Notes under the pieces: model-generated
The model's database searches: none
What the model saw: the letters and a program-made list of their open reading frames with translations, nothing else
What the model was told of the DNA's origin: nothing
Virus record (IMG/VR): IMGVR_UViG_3300011871_000003
Length of the DNA: 64,000 nt
Direction: 5' to 3' (one strand)
Origin: an uncultured virus (IMG/VR IMGVR_UViG_3300011871_000003)
Lineage: Duplodnaviria; Heunggongvirae; Uroviricota; Caudoviricetes
In this document: positions 51,017 through 60,673 of the stretch, piece after piece
Layout: each line of letters opens with the position of its first letter
How positions within the stretch are numbered: position 1 is the stretch's first letter
Position numbers and translations under genes: made by a program

Positions 51017-51182
51017 AGCTTAATCTTTACGCGAACTTTGCGATAAAGTGATGGGAATGCCATAGAAGAAAGATAACTGAAATCCGACACGCCGATATCA
51101 CCATACGTCCGTATGGATGATGGAATGATAGGAGATGCTCATGATGAATATCGGAGCCTGTTATCCACTTAAAGATTAAGCT
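51017..51182 (+). ncRNA. structured RNA motif C, copy 2
   Basis: AGCTTAATCTTTA/TAAAGATTAAGCT closing stem; AAATCCGA...TATCGGAGCCTG core. Confidence 0.55.
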
Positions 51183-51326
51183 ATTTTTGTCTCCCTTTTA
51201 GCCCCCTTCGTGGGGCTTTATTTTTGCATAAAACTCTATATTTTTATATCAATATTATGATAAAATATTTCTACTTACTGCTACTTTAAAGTGTATTCTT
51301 ATCAATCAATAACAAAGGGTTATAAA

Positions 51327-51863
51327 ATGAAAAGCAAGATTACAAAATTTGGTATGATGTTAGTGTGTATTGCAACAACCATTATGTTTTGGTGTTCCTC
51401 TGCTCAATCATCAACAACATATAATTCAACCTGTTACTCAAATTGTAAAGAAAAAGATGTAACCAAAAGTTTAGGTTCAAGTAGTAATATTTGGAAGCTA
51501 AACAATAATAGATATGAAGATCTTGTTTTGTCGTATTCATCCCTATTATCAAAAAGTGGTTCTTTTGAGTTGTCTGGAACGTATACAGATTCCAATGGAG
51601 AAAAGGTTAGGTTAAGTGGAAAATCATTTGATGTTGATGATAGTGAAATTTATTGGCCTATGTTCGGTAATGTTAAAATCACATTTAAAAATGGAAAAAT
51701 CTTCTTAACAGGTGATGAGAAAATATTTAAATCGACACAAGAAGAGTTTATAAATAAAGTGGATAAAGCAGCTTATATGTTAACTATTTATGCTTCAAAT
51801 CACGATGATGATCTTAAACCTGTTAAGTTACTTGATGGTAGCGAAGTTGTTAAAAAACGTTAA
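51327..51863 (+). CDS. secreted hypothetical protein
   Basis: Signal-peptide-like N-terminus. Confidence 0.7.
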   Translation: MKSKITKFGMMLVCIATTIMFWCSSAQSSTTYNSTCYSNCKEKDVTKSLGSSSNIWKLNNNRYEDLVLSYSSLLSKSGSFELSGTYTDSNGEKVRLSGKSFDVDDSEIYWPMFGNVKITFKNGKIFLTGDEKIFKSTQEEFINKVDKAAYMLTIYASNHDDDLKPVKLLDGSEVVKKR

Positions 51864-51957
51864 TCAGAATATTGATATACGTCACATAATATTGTGTTGT
51901 GTGGCGTACAAGGCAATGTTATAATATAAATATAAGAAACCCAATGAGGAATTCATT

Positions 51958-52200
51958 ATGTTTATGGTCAAAAAAGAAGCCAAAGATATTCAAGAATTAG
52001 CTTATGAAGCTGGTATGAACGCTTACAAATATCATGCTAATGTAAGGCAATCTATTGTTTTAGCTTATCGTTCTGAAGGTATCAATCCTACGAATGAAAC
52101 AGTAAATACTTTAGCAGAAAAAATAAATAAAGAAGGCTTCAATCAGAGGCATATGTCTTCAAATAGCGGAGCATTAAGAAGTAAAATTTGGGCGATGTAA
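51958..52200 (+). CDS. hypothetical protein
   Basis: GAGG SD. Confidence 0.65.
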   Translation: MFMVKKEAKDIQELAYEAGMNAYKYHANVRQSIVLAYRSEGINPTNETVNTLAEKINKEGFNQRHMSSNSGALRSKIWAM

Positions 52201-52320
52201 AAGATAAAGATTTCTAAGGTGCGGCTTTGTGGTCGCGCTTTTCTTTTGTATAAATTACTTGTGCAGCATAAGTTGTTTGTGTTAAAATAGCATCATGCTT
52301 ATAAATGAGGAATTTAGATC

Positions 52321-53052
52321 ATGGGATATACCACTGAATTTTCAGGTTCATTCAAACTCACTCCTGCTTTAACTCAAGAGCAAATAAACTATTTAACTGC
52401 ATTTTCAAATTCACGTCGAATGAAAAGACATGCTGATCTTTGTGAAAAAAAAGAAGATCCAGTGCGCGAAGCTGTAGGTCTATCTGTTGGTGAAGAAGGC
52501 GAGTTTTGTGTTTTTAGTGAGGGTCATTGGATGAATTCTGATGAAACTATTATTGACTACAATCAACATCCTAAAAATCAACATGGTCTTTGGTGTCACT
52601 GGATTCCATCAGAAGATGGAACAGAAATTTTATGGAATGGTGCTGAGAAATTCTATGAATATATTCAATGGATTAACTACATAAATGAAAACTTCTTAAA
52701 ACCTTGGGGAATCACTATTGATGGTGATGTGAAATGGTTTGGAGAAGATGAAGAAGATATTGGAGTTATTGTAGCCAAAGATGGTGAAATTTCATATAGA
52801 TTGAAAAAGATTACTCATCAAGAACCTATTAAGCCACAATATAACGCTAAAGCTAAATTCAAATTTAGTGGTCTGAAATTTTTACACATCCGTTCAAAGC
52901 TTGAACTATTGGCAAGAATGAATAAGCTTGAAAAAATAACGTTTGCTTCAAGTAAAGGGGTATTGTTTGAATATGGTTGGGGTGAAGTTATTGGTGATTA
53001 TGAGAATGTAGATAAATTCTTCAAAGATGCAGAAGCTTATATTAACATTTAA
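52321..53052 (+). CDS. phage hypothetical protein, paralog family C (copy 1, with C-terminal extension)
   Basis: MGYTTEF.G.F.LTP, GLWC.W.P, EKFY.Y..W. Confidence 0.8.
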   Translation: MGYTTEFSGSFKLTPALTQEQINYLTAFSNSRRMKRHADLCEKKEDPVREAVGLSVGEEGEFCVFSEGHWMNSDETIIDYNQHPKNQHGLWCHWIPSEDGTEILWNGAEKFYEYIQWINYINENFLKPWGITIDGDVKWFGEDEEDIGVIVAKDGEISYRLKKITHQEPIKPQYNAKAKFKFSGLKFLHIRSKLELLARMNKLEKITFASSKGVLFEYGWGEVIGDYENVDKFFKDAEAYINI

Positions 53053-53082
53053 TAAATATTTTTACTAAAAAGAGGAAATATT

Positions 53083-53583
53083 ATGGGATATACAACTGAA
53101 TTTAAAGGCAGTTTTACTTTAACGCCAGCATTAACAGAAGCACAGGTTGCTTATTTAAATGCTTTCTCTGGCTCTCGTAGGGTTCAGCGAGATGCCGAAG
53201 CGTGTGAAACAATCAATGATGAAGTTCGTGCTGCTGTAGGGCTTCCTGTAGGTAAAGAAGGAGGTTATTGTGTTTATTCTGCTCAAGATGGAAACTACGG
53301 TCAGAATAGTGATAAAACAGTAATTAATAATAATGAACCACCAGAAGGTCAACCGGGTTTATGGTGTCAATGGGTTCCTAATGAAACAGGAGATAAACTT
53401 AAATGGGACGGCGGTGAAAAGTTTTATTACTATGAAGAATGGTTGCATTATATTAATGAAAATTTCCTTAAACCTTGGGGCATTGTTATTGATGGCGCTG
53501 TAAAATGGCAAGGTGAAGAGATGGATGATCGCGGAGAGATCGAAGCAGATGAAGGGATTATTACAAGCAGGTCTCTAGAATAA
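53083..53583 (+). CDS. phage hypothetical protein, paralog family C (copy 2)
   Basis: Tandem paralog of the 52321 ORF. Confidence 0.8.
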   Translation: MGYTTEFKGSFTLTPALTEAQVAYLNAFSGSRRVQRDAEACETINDEVRAAVGLPVGKEGGYCVYSAQDGNYGQNSDKTVINNNEPPEGQPGLWCQWVPNETGDKLKWDGGEKFYYYEEWLHYINENFLKPWGIVIDGAVKWQGEEMDDRGEIEADEGIITSRSLE

Positions 53584-53681
53584 TAAAAGAATAAATATAA
53601 TAATATACAGGAGTGTTTCACGCTCCTGTTTTTTTAATTATAGGGAGTTCAGAATCGGATTATAGCAGTTGACCAAAAACC

Positions 53682-53816
53682 TATTAGAATGAATAGGTTT
53701 TAATAATCGGAATAGTTATGGATGGTGTCATGAAATAGCGAGGTGAAGATATAGATGACAGAGGAAAAATCATAGCCAAAGAAGGTGTAATAACCTTTAA
53801 TAAATTAGATTGGTAA
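53682..53816 (+). pseudogene. remnant third copy of family C
   Basis: Translates Y*NE*VLIIGIVMDGVMK*RGEDIDDRGKIIAKEGVIT, matching the C-terminus of the 53083 ORF. Confidence 0.65.
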
Positions 53817-53950
53817 TAAAAAAAGAGATCAGGAGATCTCTTTTTTACTTGTATTGATCAAATAAAGGCTTTCAGATTTTAAGTAATAAAAACAACTTGC
53901 ATGTTAATGCCAACATCGTTATAATGTTATCTTTAGAAGAAGAGGTCATT

Positions 53951-54208
53951 ATGCCTAAATACGAATCAAAAAACGGTTATTACCGAACTGAGGCTAAAGT
54001 TGCATTAACTGAAAACGATAATGATGCTGCTGCTTTAGTTTCATGGCTTATGGAAAAATCAGATCGCACAAGGGAAGATGTTATGGATGTGCGTAAAGAA
54101 CTTGATATGCTTATTTATAATGATGAACTTGGCCTTTCTAATGAAGCACAATGCACTCTACAAGCTTTGTCAGGTAGACTTTATAATATTATGTTTGGTA
54201 AAAAATAA
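53951..54208 (+). CDS. hypothetical protein
   Basis: GAGG SD before MPKYESK. Confidence 0.7.
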   Translation: MPKYESKNGYYRTEAKVALTENDNDAAALVSWLMEKSDRTREDVMDVRKELDMLIYNDELGLSNEAQCTLQALSGRLYNIMFGKK

Positions 54209-54216
54209 GGAAGAAA

Positions 54217-55353
54217 ATGAAAGAACAAAATGATTTCCAAAAAACACTGTTTACAGATCTAACCAATCTCGTAAAAAATAGTTCTGGTGAGTTTTTAACT
54301 AAAGATTATAACATCGAAGGTCATCCAAATCTTATTTATCGTGTATTTACATACATGATTCCTCGTTTTTCTGATTTTAAAAATCCAAACGGTCTGAACT
54401 GTCGTGGAACAATGTTCCTTGTTAATAAAGAAACAGGTGAAGCTCAACTGGTTGCTCTTCCAATGAAAAAGTTCTTCTCTCTTGGTGAAGGAGAAAAAGA
54501 AGATCTGGCTATTAAAATTGAAGACGCAAAACATGCTTATATTAAAGAAGATGGTTCTTTGCTAACAAGTTATATTTCTCCAATTGATGGGAAAGTAAAA
54601 CTCAAAAGTAAAAATGTTCCAGAATACCTAAATAAAGATGCTGTAATGAAAAGCGTTTCTGATGCTCTATTTGCTGAACTGCAGGAAATCAGCGAGAGTG
54701 GTATTTCTGTAGATCTTGAACTGACTACACCAGAAAACCGTGTAATGATGGAATATTCTGATTATAATGTCCATGTTCTTAAAGCTCGTTCTCTTGAGAC
54801 TGGAGAATATATTGATATTCGCTCTAAAGAATTCGCTGAAAAATATCCAGTAATTGCTGAACATCTTGTGAAAGAAGTTCCTGTAAGCAGTGTAGATATT
54901 AATCGTAAAGATATTGAAGGGTATGTTCTTGAGTTTGCTGATGGAAGGCTGCTCAAAATTAAAACTATTCCGTATCTGAGTATTGTAAGTGTTATTAGTA
55001 TTCAAGACCTCAATAAAGAAGGTGAAAATCTTTATCGTGCTGCTTTAGACGAAGTGCTTGATGAAGTTCGCTCTATGTTTGTTTACAAGGCTCGTAGCCC
55101 TAACTATAATCTTGATCAGCGTCTTGCTAATGTAGATAAAGTTGAAGCATATGCAAAACGAACGTATCACGATATGGTTAAAAAAGTAAATGAGCTATAC
55201 GAGAGTAATAAACATCTAGAACGTGGTGATTTTGCGCGTGCTGTTAAAGATGAAAAACAACTAATGCCTTTGCTTATGCAGCTATATACAGGTGGTAAAG
55301 CTGATTACAAACAAACAGCTATTAAAATTTATGCTAAAAATGCTCTAAAATAA
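54217..55353 (+). CDS. rnlA: T4-like RNA ligase 1
   Basis: CRGTMF, PMKKFFSLGE, motif I KEDGSL, motif IV EGYV, motif V KIK (rnlA in the T4 gp63 sense, not the RNase LS toxin). Confidence 0.9.
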   Translation: MKEQNDFQKTLFTDLTNLVKNSSGEFLTKDYNIEGHPNLIYRVFTYMIPRFSDFKNPNGLNCRGTMFLVNKETGEAQLVALPMKKFFSLGEGEKEDLAIKIEDAKHAYIKEDGSLLTSYISPIDGKVKLKSKNVPEYLNKDAVMKSVSDALFAELQEISESGISVDLELTTPENRVMMEYSDYNVHVLKARSLETGEYIDIRSKEFAEKYPVIAEHLVKEVPVSSVDINRKDIEGYVLEFADGRLLKIKTIPYLSIVSVISIQDLNKEGENLYRAALDEVLDEVRSMFVYKARSPNYNLDQRLANVDKVEAYAKRTYHDMVKKVNELYESNKHLERGDFARAVKDEKQLMPLLMQLYTGGKADYKQTAIKIYAKNALK

Positions 55354-55476
55354 CATTTATCCGCTATAGGAGGTAAACGAGATTTATCCCCTGTAGCGGA
55401 TTTTTACCTTATTATCCCCCGTAGGGGATATTTGCATTATTATCCTTTGTAAGGGATAAAAAATGAGGAAGTAATA

Positions 55477-55683
55477 ATGAATCTTGCTATAGTAATACCT
55501 ATTATTGTGTTTTGTTTATCTTCTTTATTTTTAATATTTAATAATCAAATTTGGAATTTTATTGATTGTATATTGCTTAAATACAATGAGTATCAATATT
55601 TAAGGAAGTACAATAAAAAACAAAGATTAAAAGCTTTAAAAGAATCTAAAGATAACTCTAAATTTAAGGTATATAAATCATGA
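55477..55683 (+). CDS. small membrane protein
   Basis: N-terminal TM helix, GAGG SD. Confidence 0.6.
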   Translation: MNLAIVIPIIVFCLSSLFLIFNNQIWNFIDCILLKYNEYQYLRKYNKKQRLKALKESKDNSKFKVYKS

Positions 55684-55916
55684 AAAAAATATTTGTTACT
55701 GCTTTAATATTATTTTCAAGTAGTTCATTTGCTGATAATAATGCTAAAAATATTCTCAAAGAAATCAATAGAAATGTATGTGTAACAGCGTCTAATTATG
55801 ACACTACGGTAATACAATGCATTGATGGAAATATCACTATTATTAATAAAGATAAAACAGATATTTGCACAAGATCACTTGGCGATATAAACTGCAGAAC
55901 TATAGAAAATAAGTAA
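55680..55916 (+). CDS. small secreted Cys-containing protein
   Basis: Signal peptide ending SFA. Confidence 0.65.
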   Translation: MKKIFVTALILFSSSSFADNNAKNILKEINRNVCVTASNYDTTVIQCIDGNITIINKDKTDICTRSLGDINCRTIENK

Positions 55917-55971
55917 GCTTTCTTATTTTCATAAATATGATACACTGAATTAGTCAATCAGGAGGTGTATC

Positions 55972-56382
55972 ATGTTTTTTTATTTAATTATTGTTAACTT
56001 TTTAGTCGCTGCCTCAGTATCTTTGGTAGTGATATCTTTCTTTTCCAAATCCATAAATAATATATTGCAACGAATCATTAATGATCCGATTAATACATCA
56101 TGGGCAAAATATACCAAATTTGCTGGAATGGTAGTAGGGATATCATCAGGTATAAGAGTATATGATGTGGAGAAATATATAACGCCTGTAACATACAGTA
56201 AAGATGGTAATAAGATAATAGAACTTACATCAGAGCGTTGGTTTCTTGAAGTATACAGAACAGTAATAGAAACTCTGCAAGGACTTGCTTGGATGATGTT
56301 GCTGTTTTTTGTTATTGCTTTATTGGCTTATGTTATAGTGAGATGGGCTGAAATGAAATATCCAAACTCTAAAAAAGAATAG
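55972..56382 (+). CDS. membrane protein
   Basis: Three hydrophobic segments; AGGAGG SD. Confidence 0.75.
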   Translation: MFFYLIIVNFLVAASVSLVVISFFSKSINNILQRIINDPINTSWAKYTKFAGMVVGISSGIRVYDVEKYITPVTYSKDGNKIIELTSERWFLEVYRTVIETLQGLAWMMLLFFVIALLAYVIVRWAEMKYPNSKKE

Positions 56383-56441
56383 AAAACAAACTGTAAATAT
56401 GCTATAATGCCTCTTTAAAACTCCATTAAAGAGGCTTTTTT

Positions 56442-57536
56442 ATGACTCAATATAATCCCCGTTATGACACGAAAATTCAACCATTTAATATTGGTATTAT
56501 CAGAAAATGGGTGCGAGACAAGGACCTTAAAGAACTCAAGCAATGGCTTGATGAAGGTGAGCCACATAAGCGTCTTATGAAAGAGGCTATTTCTGAAGCA
56601 ACCATATCTGAATGGCCTGATGGGGTAAAAGCTTTATTTGAGAAAGACTGGATTAATCTGGAAGCCAAAATAAAACAGGTGGTTGGTTGGGTCCATTTTT
56701 GTAAAAAAGATGATGTCTGGATTTTTGCCAGAGATTATGTGTTTGCGGATAAAAAGTTAATTAAAAAGTTCAGTTTTAAATTATTTTGGGAAGCTAAAGA
56801 AAAAGGGAAAGAATCACTTTTTGATGAGAGTAAAGTTGATTTCACGGATGATGAAGCTTCTTCATTATTAACATATCGTTATATGTTTCCTGATAAACAT
56901 GTTAGTGAAGAAGGGAGGGCTGAATATAAGACAAAGCGTGATTATTTATTAAGTAAGCCTGTTCTTTTTATTCCTTATCAGCTAATAGATCTATTAGATT
57001 TTGAACATGCCTCTTATGTCGTTGAGATGTTAGAAAAACATGGAAAAAATCCCATTTTTAAAACAAAAGAAGAACTTTTTGTTTTTGCTTGTGCCGTAGG
57101 AGTTTATTACCAAGCAGCTATAAATCATGCTAATAAATGTAATAAAAGTGATACGGAGAAAGATAGTCTCAAGAAAGAGCAAGCTTTCATGTTGAAATTT
57201 TTAAAAGAACAAGATTGCATGATGGAAATGGATTTAACGCCTAAATTCTTAGAAAAAAATACATGGATTAACTATAATCTTGAGGAAAATTATGGTGATT
57301 TGTGTGCTATGAATCAATATAGATTAACGTTTGGAACATTGAAGTTAAAATATTTTAGAACAGATTATAACAAGGAAAATCAAAAACTACCTGAAAGCCA
57401 AAAGGTCAAGTTAGCTTGGTATTGGATAGGAGGGATGAATCCTGAAAAGAGGGATTTTCAAGGTGAAAAATATGTTATGACGGATGATGATAAGAAGTAT
57501 GCTGAAAAAGAGTTTGAGAAACTTTTAAAAGTATAA
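56442..57536 (+). CDS. hypothetical protein
   Basis: 364 aa; no Cas motif recognised. Confidence 0.8.
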   Translation: MTQYNPRYDTKIQPFNIGIIRKWVRDKDLKELKQWLDEGEPHKRLMKEAISEATISEWPDGVKALFEKDWINLEAKIKQVVGWVHFCKKDDVWIFARDYVFADKKLIKKFSFKLFWEAKEKGKESLFDESKVDFTDDEASSLLTYRYMFPDKHVSEEGRAEYKTKRDYLLSKPVLFIPYQLIDLLDFEHASYVVEMLEKHGKNPIFKTKEELFVFACAVGVYYQAAINHANKCNKSDTEKDSLKKEQAFMLKFLKEQDCMMEMDLTPKFLEKNTWINYNLEENYGDLCAMNQYRLTFGTLKLKYFRTDYNKENQKLPESQKVKLAWYWIGGMNPEKRDFQGEKYVMTDDDKKYAEKEFEKLLKV

Positions 57537-57706
57537 ACAAAAAAGAGGCCCCGGTCTCTTTTTTATGAATAGATTTGTGAATAGATAAAAATATTAATAT
57601 TTTATTATTTTTCATACACTTAAGTAAAAACATGAATAGATAAAATACTTGTGCAGGCTCGTCTTTTTTGCTATAATAAACGTATCTTAAAAAAGAGGAT
57701 TAAAAC

Positions 57707-58075
57707 ATGTTTAACACAATCGAAGCGCCGAAAGTTGACCTCACTATCTTTTCTGGTGAAACATTAGATATTGTAAAACAAGTTTTTAAAAATGATGGTA
57801 GTCTTTACAAGTCTAAACCAACCAAAGCTTCTGGAGAAGCTAAATACGTTTGGCGTATGCTTGCTTTTTATATGTCTACTAATCGCCAGCATCAGTGTAT
57901 GCCTGTTACAGCAGATTTTGATTTAGAAACTTACGATGAAAACGGTAAGTGGTCTGCTAACCTTGCTCATAAGAAAGCAAAAGAACTAGATGAAGTAGTT
58001 AACAATGTTTTAAAAACAATCCCAAACAATAATCTTCCGGGGTTAAAGCGCTGGAAAAAAGCTTTTGGTTATTAA
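57707..58075 (+). CDS. phage hypothetical protein
   Basis: GEAKYVWRM.AF...HQCMP; promoter at 57649. Confidence 0.75.
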   Translation: MFNTIEAPKVDLTIFSGETLDIVKQVFKNDGSLYKSKPTKASGEAKYVWRMLAFYMSTNRQHQCMPVTADFDLETYDENGKWSANLAHKKAKELDEVVNNVLKTIPNNNLPGLKRWKKAFGY

Positions 58076-58095
58076 TTAAATAAAAAGAGGATCAT

Positions 58096-58266
58096 ATGGG
58101 AATTGCTAAGAAAAAAATTACTATTTCAGAAGAACGTTATTTTGAATTGCTAAACAAAGAATCAAAGTTAACAGCTCTAGAAAATGCTGGTGTGGATAAC
58201 TGGAGCGGTTATAGTGAAGCAATGGAAGATCATGACGAATACGATAAGTATAAAAAAGAAGAATAA
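58096..58266 (+). CDS. small phage protein (56 aa)
   Basis: Manual translation with L.ALE.AGVDNW.GY..A motif; GAGG SD. Confidence 0.7.
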   Translation: MGIAKKKITISEERYFELLNKESKLTALENAGVDNWSGYSEAMEDHDEYDKYKKEE

Positions 58267-58320
58267 ATAATAAAATCGAATTATAAAGCCTATAACATTG
58301 ACTTGTTATAGGCTTTTTTT

Positions 58321-58498
58321 TATTCTTAAAATATATTTGCGCTCTTTAACAATTTGGATTATAGTAACCCTAATTATTTTTATTAATATTTTATTTCTTA
58401 TAAATCAATAAGTTATAAGTATATAAAATTAATTAGGTAATTATAGGTTTTATTATATATCTTATTGAAAAATAAGAATATTTATAAAATTTATTCTT
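58321..58498 (+). promoter_or_regulatory. type I-F-like CRISPR leader
   Basis: AT-rich; IHF consensus AATCAATAAGTTA at 58403-58415 flanked by inverted repeat CCTAATTA (58369) / TAATTAGG (58430). Confidence 0.75.
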
Positions 58499-60266
58499 AT
58501 TTGCCCCATACATGGGGCTTAAAAGCAATTTCAGAATCACTGAATGCGTAATCTAAAAATTTGCCCCATACATGGGGCTTAAAAGCTTGATTTATAAAGC
58601 TTTTTTTTTGGTCACTATATTTGCCCCATACATGGGGCTTAAAAGTCACCATGAACGCTCAGTTAGCATCAGAAAGCAATTTGCCCCATACATGGGGCTT
58701 AAAAGTGCAAGATGGTCATAACACGTCCGGGCAACTCGATTTGCCCCATACATGGGGCTTAAAAGGCTTTATCGGCTACTGTCGGTGCAGAAGATGCAAT
58801 TTGCCCCATACATGGGGCTTAAAAGAGAGCCAGTGTTTACCGAAGGTCTTATTCGTTTATTTGCCCCATACATGGGGCTTAAAAGCGGAGTAAATGATGA
58901 ACTAACATGGACGGGAGCATTTGCCCCATACATGGGGCTTAAAAGAAACGATGAGGAAACAGATTAATGAAAGCAACAATTTGCCCCATACATGGGGCTT
59001 AAAAGTCTCTACCAGTTCTTTTATACCGCGATAAAAAAATTTGCCCCATACATGGGGCTTAAAAGTAGATCTGGTGAGAAAATTTTTACCTATGGAGCAT
59101 TTGCCCCATACATGGGGCTTAAAAGCTTAAAGGTGATCAATGGCCTACGGACGTTAGAAATTTGCCCCATACATGGGGCTTAAAAGTAGAAAACTTTCCC
59201 AATATGCACTTAACTCTCCATTTGCCCCATACATGGGGCTTAAAAGTTCAATATTATCATCGATATTTTCGCGTATATCATTTGCCCCATACATGGGGCT
59301 TAAAAGAACTCTTTAACTTGTTCTTTTTTAGCCATCTTTATTTGCCCCATACATGGGGCTTAAAAGAACTGATGTAATTCAAGTTTCTGATATTAGAAAA
59401 TTTGCCCCATACATGGGGCTTAAAAGGCGAACAAATAAAGTCCTGATTTATCAGGGCTTATTTGCCCCATACATGGGGCTTAAAAGAAAAATTGTTTTAC
59501 AAAGTATAGATTCTCTTATATTTGCCCCATACATGGGGCTTAAAAGTTAACTGCTGTATTTCTTCCATAATACAGAACCATTTGCCCCATACATGGGGCT
59601 TAAAAGTTGAGGTGTTCCGATCTTAATTGGATCTGGATTATTTGCCCCATACATGGGGCTTAAAAGTGTTTTTGCTTTTTCTCCCCAAATATACGTATTA
59701 TTTGCCCCATACATGGGGCTTAAAAGGTCAAAATCAAGTCTATCAGCAGACTGGTCAGAATTTGCCCCATACATGGGGCTTAAAAGATTGACCAATTACC
59801 TATTATTGCGTGTCCTGCTATTTGCCCCATACATGGGGCTTAAAAGCTAAAATTTACTGGTGTTATATCCAAAACAATTATTTGCCCCATACATGGGGCT
59901 TAAAAGAGTGTCAACAATTGCCCCGCCTCCTTCAGGGTTATTTGCCCCATACATGGGGCTTAAAAGTGTAGTTAACGTTAAGCGTTCAGATTACGCAGGA
60001 TTTGCCCCATACATGGGGCTTAAAAGTACTAATCTGTTATTTTCTTCTTGCCTTATTGCATTTGCCCCATACATGGGGCTTAAAAGAATAACCGCACCTG
60101 TCAAAATCCTGTCAGCAACATTTGCCCCATACATGGGGCTTAAAAGTTTCTTTTAATGGTTTTCCACCAACCCAATACCATTTGCCCCATACATGGGGCT
60201 TAAAAGGTTCTTTGGGTTTTGAGTTATAAAGTTTGGTATATTTGCCCCATACATGGGGCTTAAAAG
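58499..60266 (+). CRISPR. CRISPR array, 30 repeats / 29 spacers, type I-F-like
   Basis: Identical 27-nt repeat ATTTGCCCCATACATGGGGCTTAAAAG; 33-nt spacers (one 34 nt); hairpin followed by an 8-nt CTTAAAAG handle. Confidence 0.98.
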
Positions 60267-60404
60267 ATCTTGAATTTTATTTAAAAATGGTTAAAAAAGA
60301 AAAAACCTGCTAATTTCTCAAAAAATGAGTCATTAAGCAGGTATTAGAATAATCATAATAGTTCAGAGATGTTTTGGTGTCAAATTTTATGATTTTTTTA
60401 AAAA

Positions 60405-60602
60405 TCAAGAACAAAACAAAACAGAAGAAGTAATGATTAAAATAATAAATCCTAATGTATACGCCCAATCACCTTTTGGTTCATAAAAACTATGCCTATC
60501 TTTCAAGCTATTAAGAAATTTAGCATCTCTCATTTGAATCCATCCACCAATAATGAGGAAAAAGGCAAGACAATAAAAGAAAACATAAAGAAAAGTACTC
60601 AT
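60405..60602 (-). CDS. small two-TM membrane protein
   Basis: GGAGG SD; two hydrophobic helices. Confidence 0.65.
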   Translation of the reverse strand: MSTFLYVFFYCLAFFLIIGGWIQMRDAKFLNSLKDRHSFYEPKGDWAYTLGFIILIITSSVLFCS

Positions 60603-60673
60603 TTAATACCTCCAATAAAAGTTGTTGTTTATATGAACTATCCGGTCCCACCGGATAGTTGAAAAATAGTTTA

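Noticed and set aside
53682..53816. In-frame TAG codons as evidence of amber recoding
   Set aside because: They fall at Ile, Asn and Trp positions of the paralog, a TGA lies upstream and there is no start; this is pseudogene decay.
58621..60156. ORF-track ORFs with PHTWGLK or FAPYMGLK repeats
   Set aside because: Translations of the CRISPR repeat, not genes.
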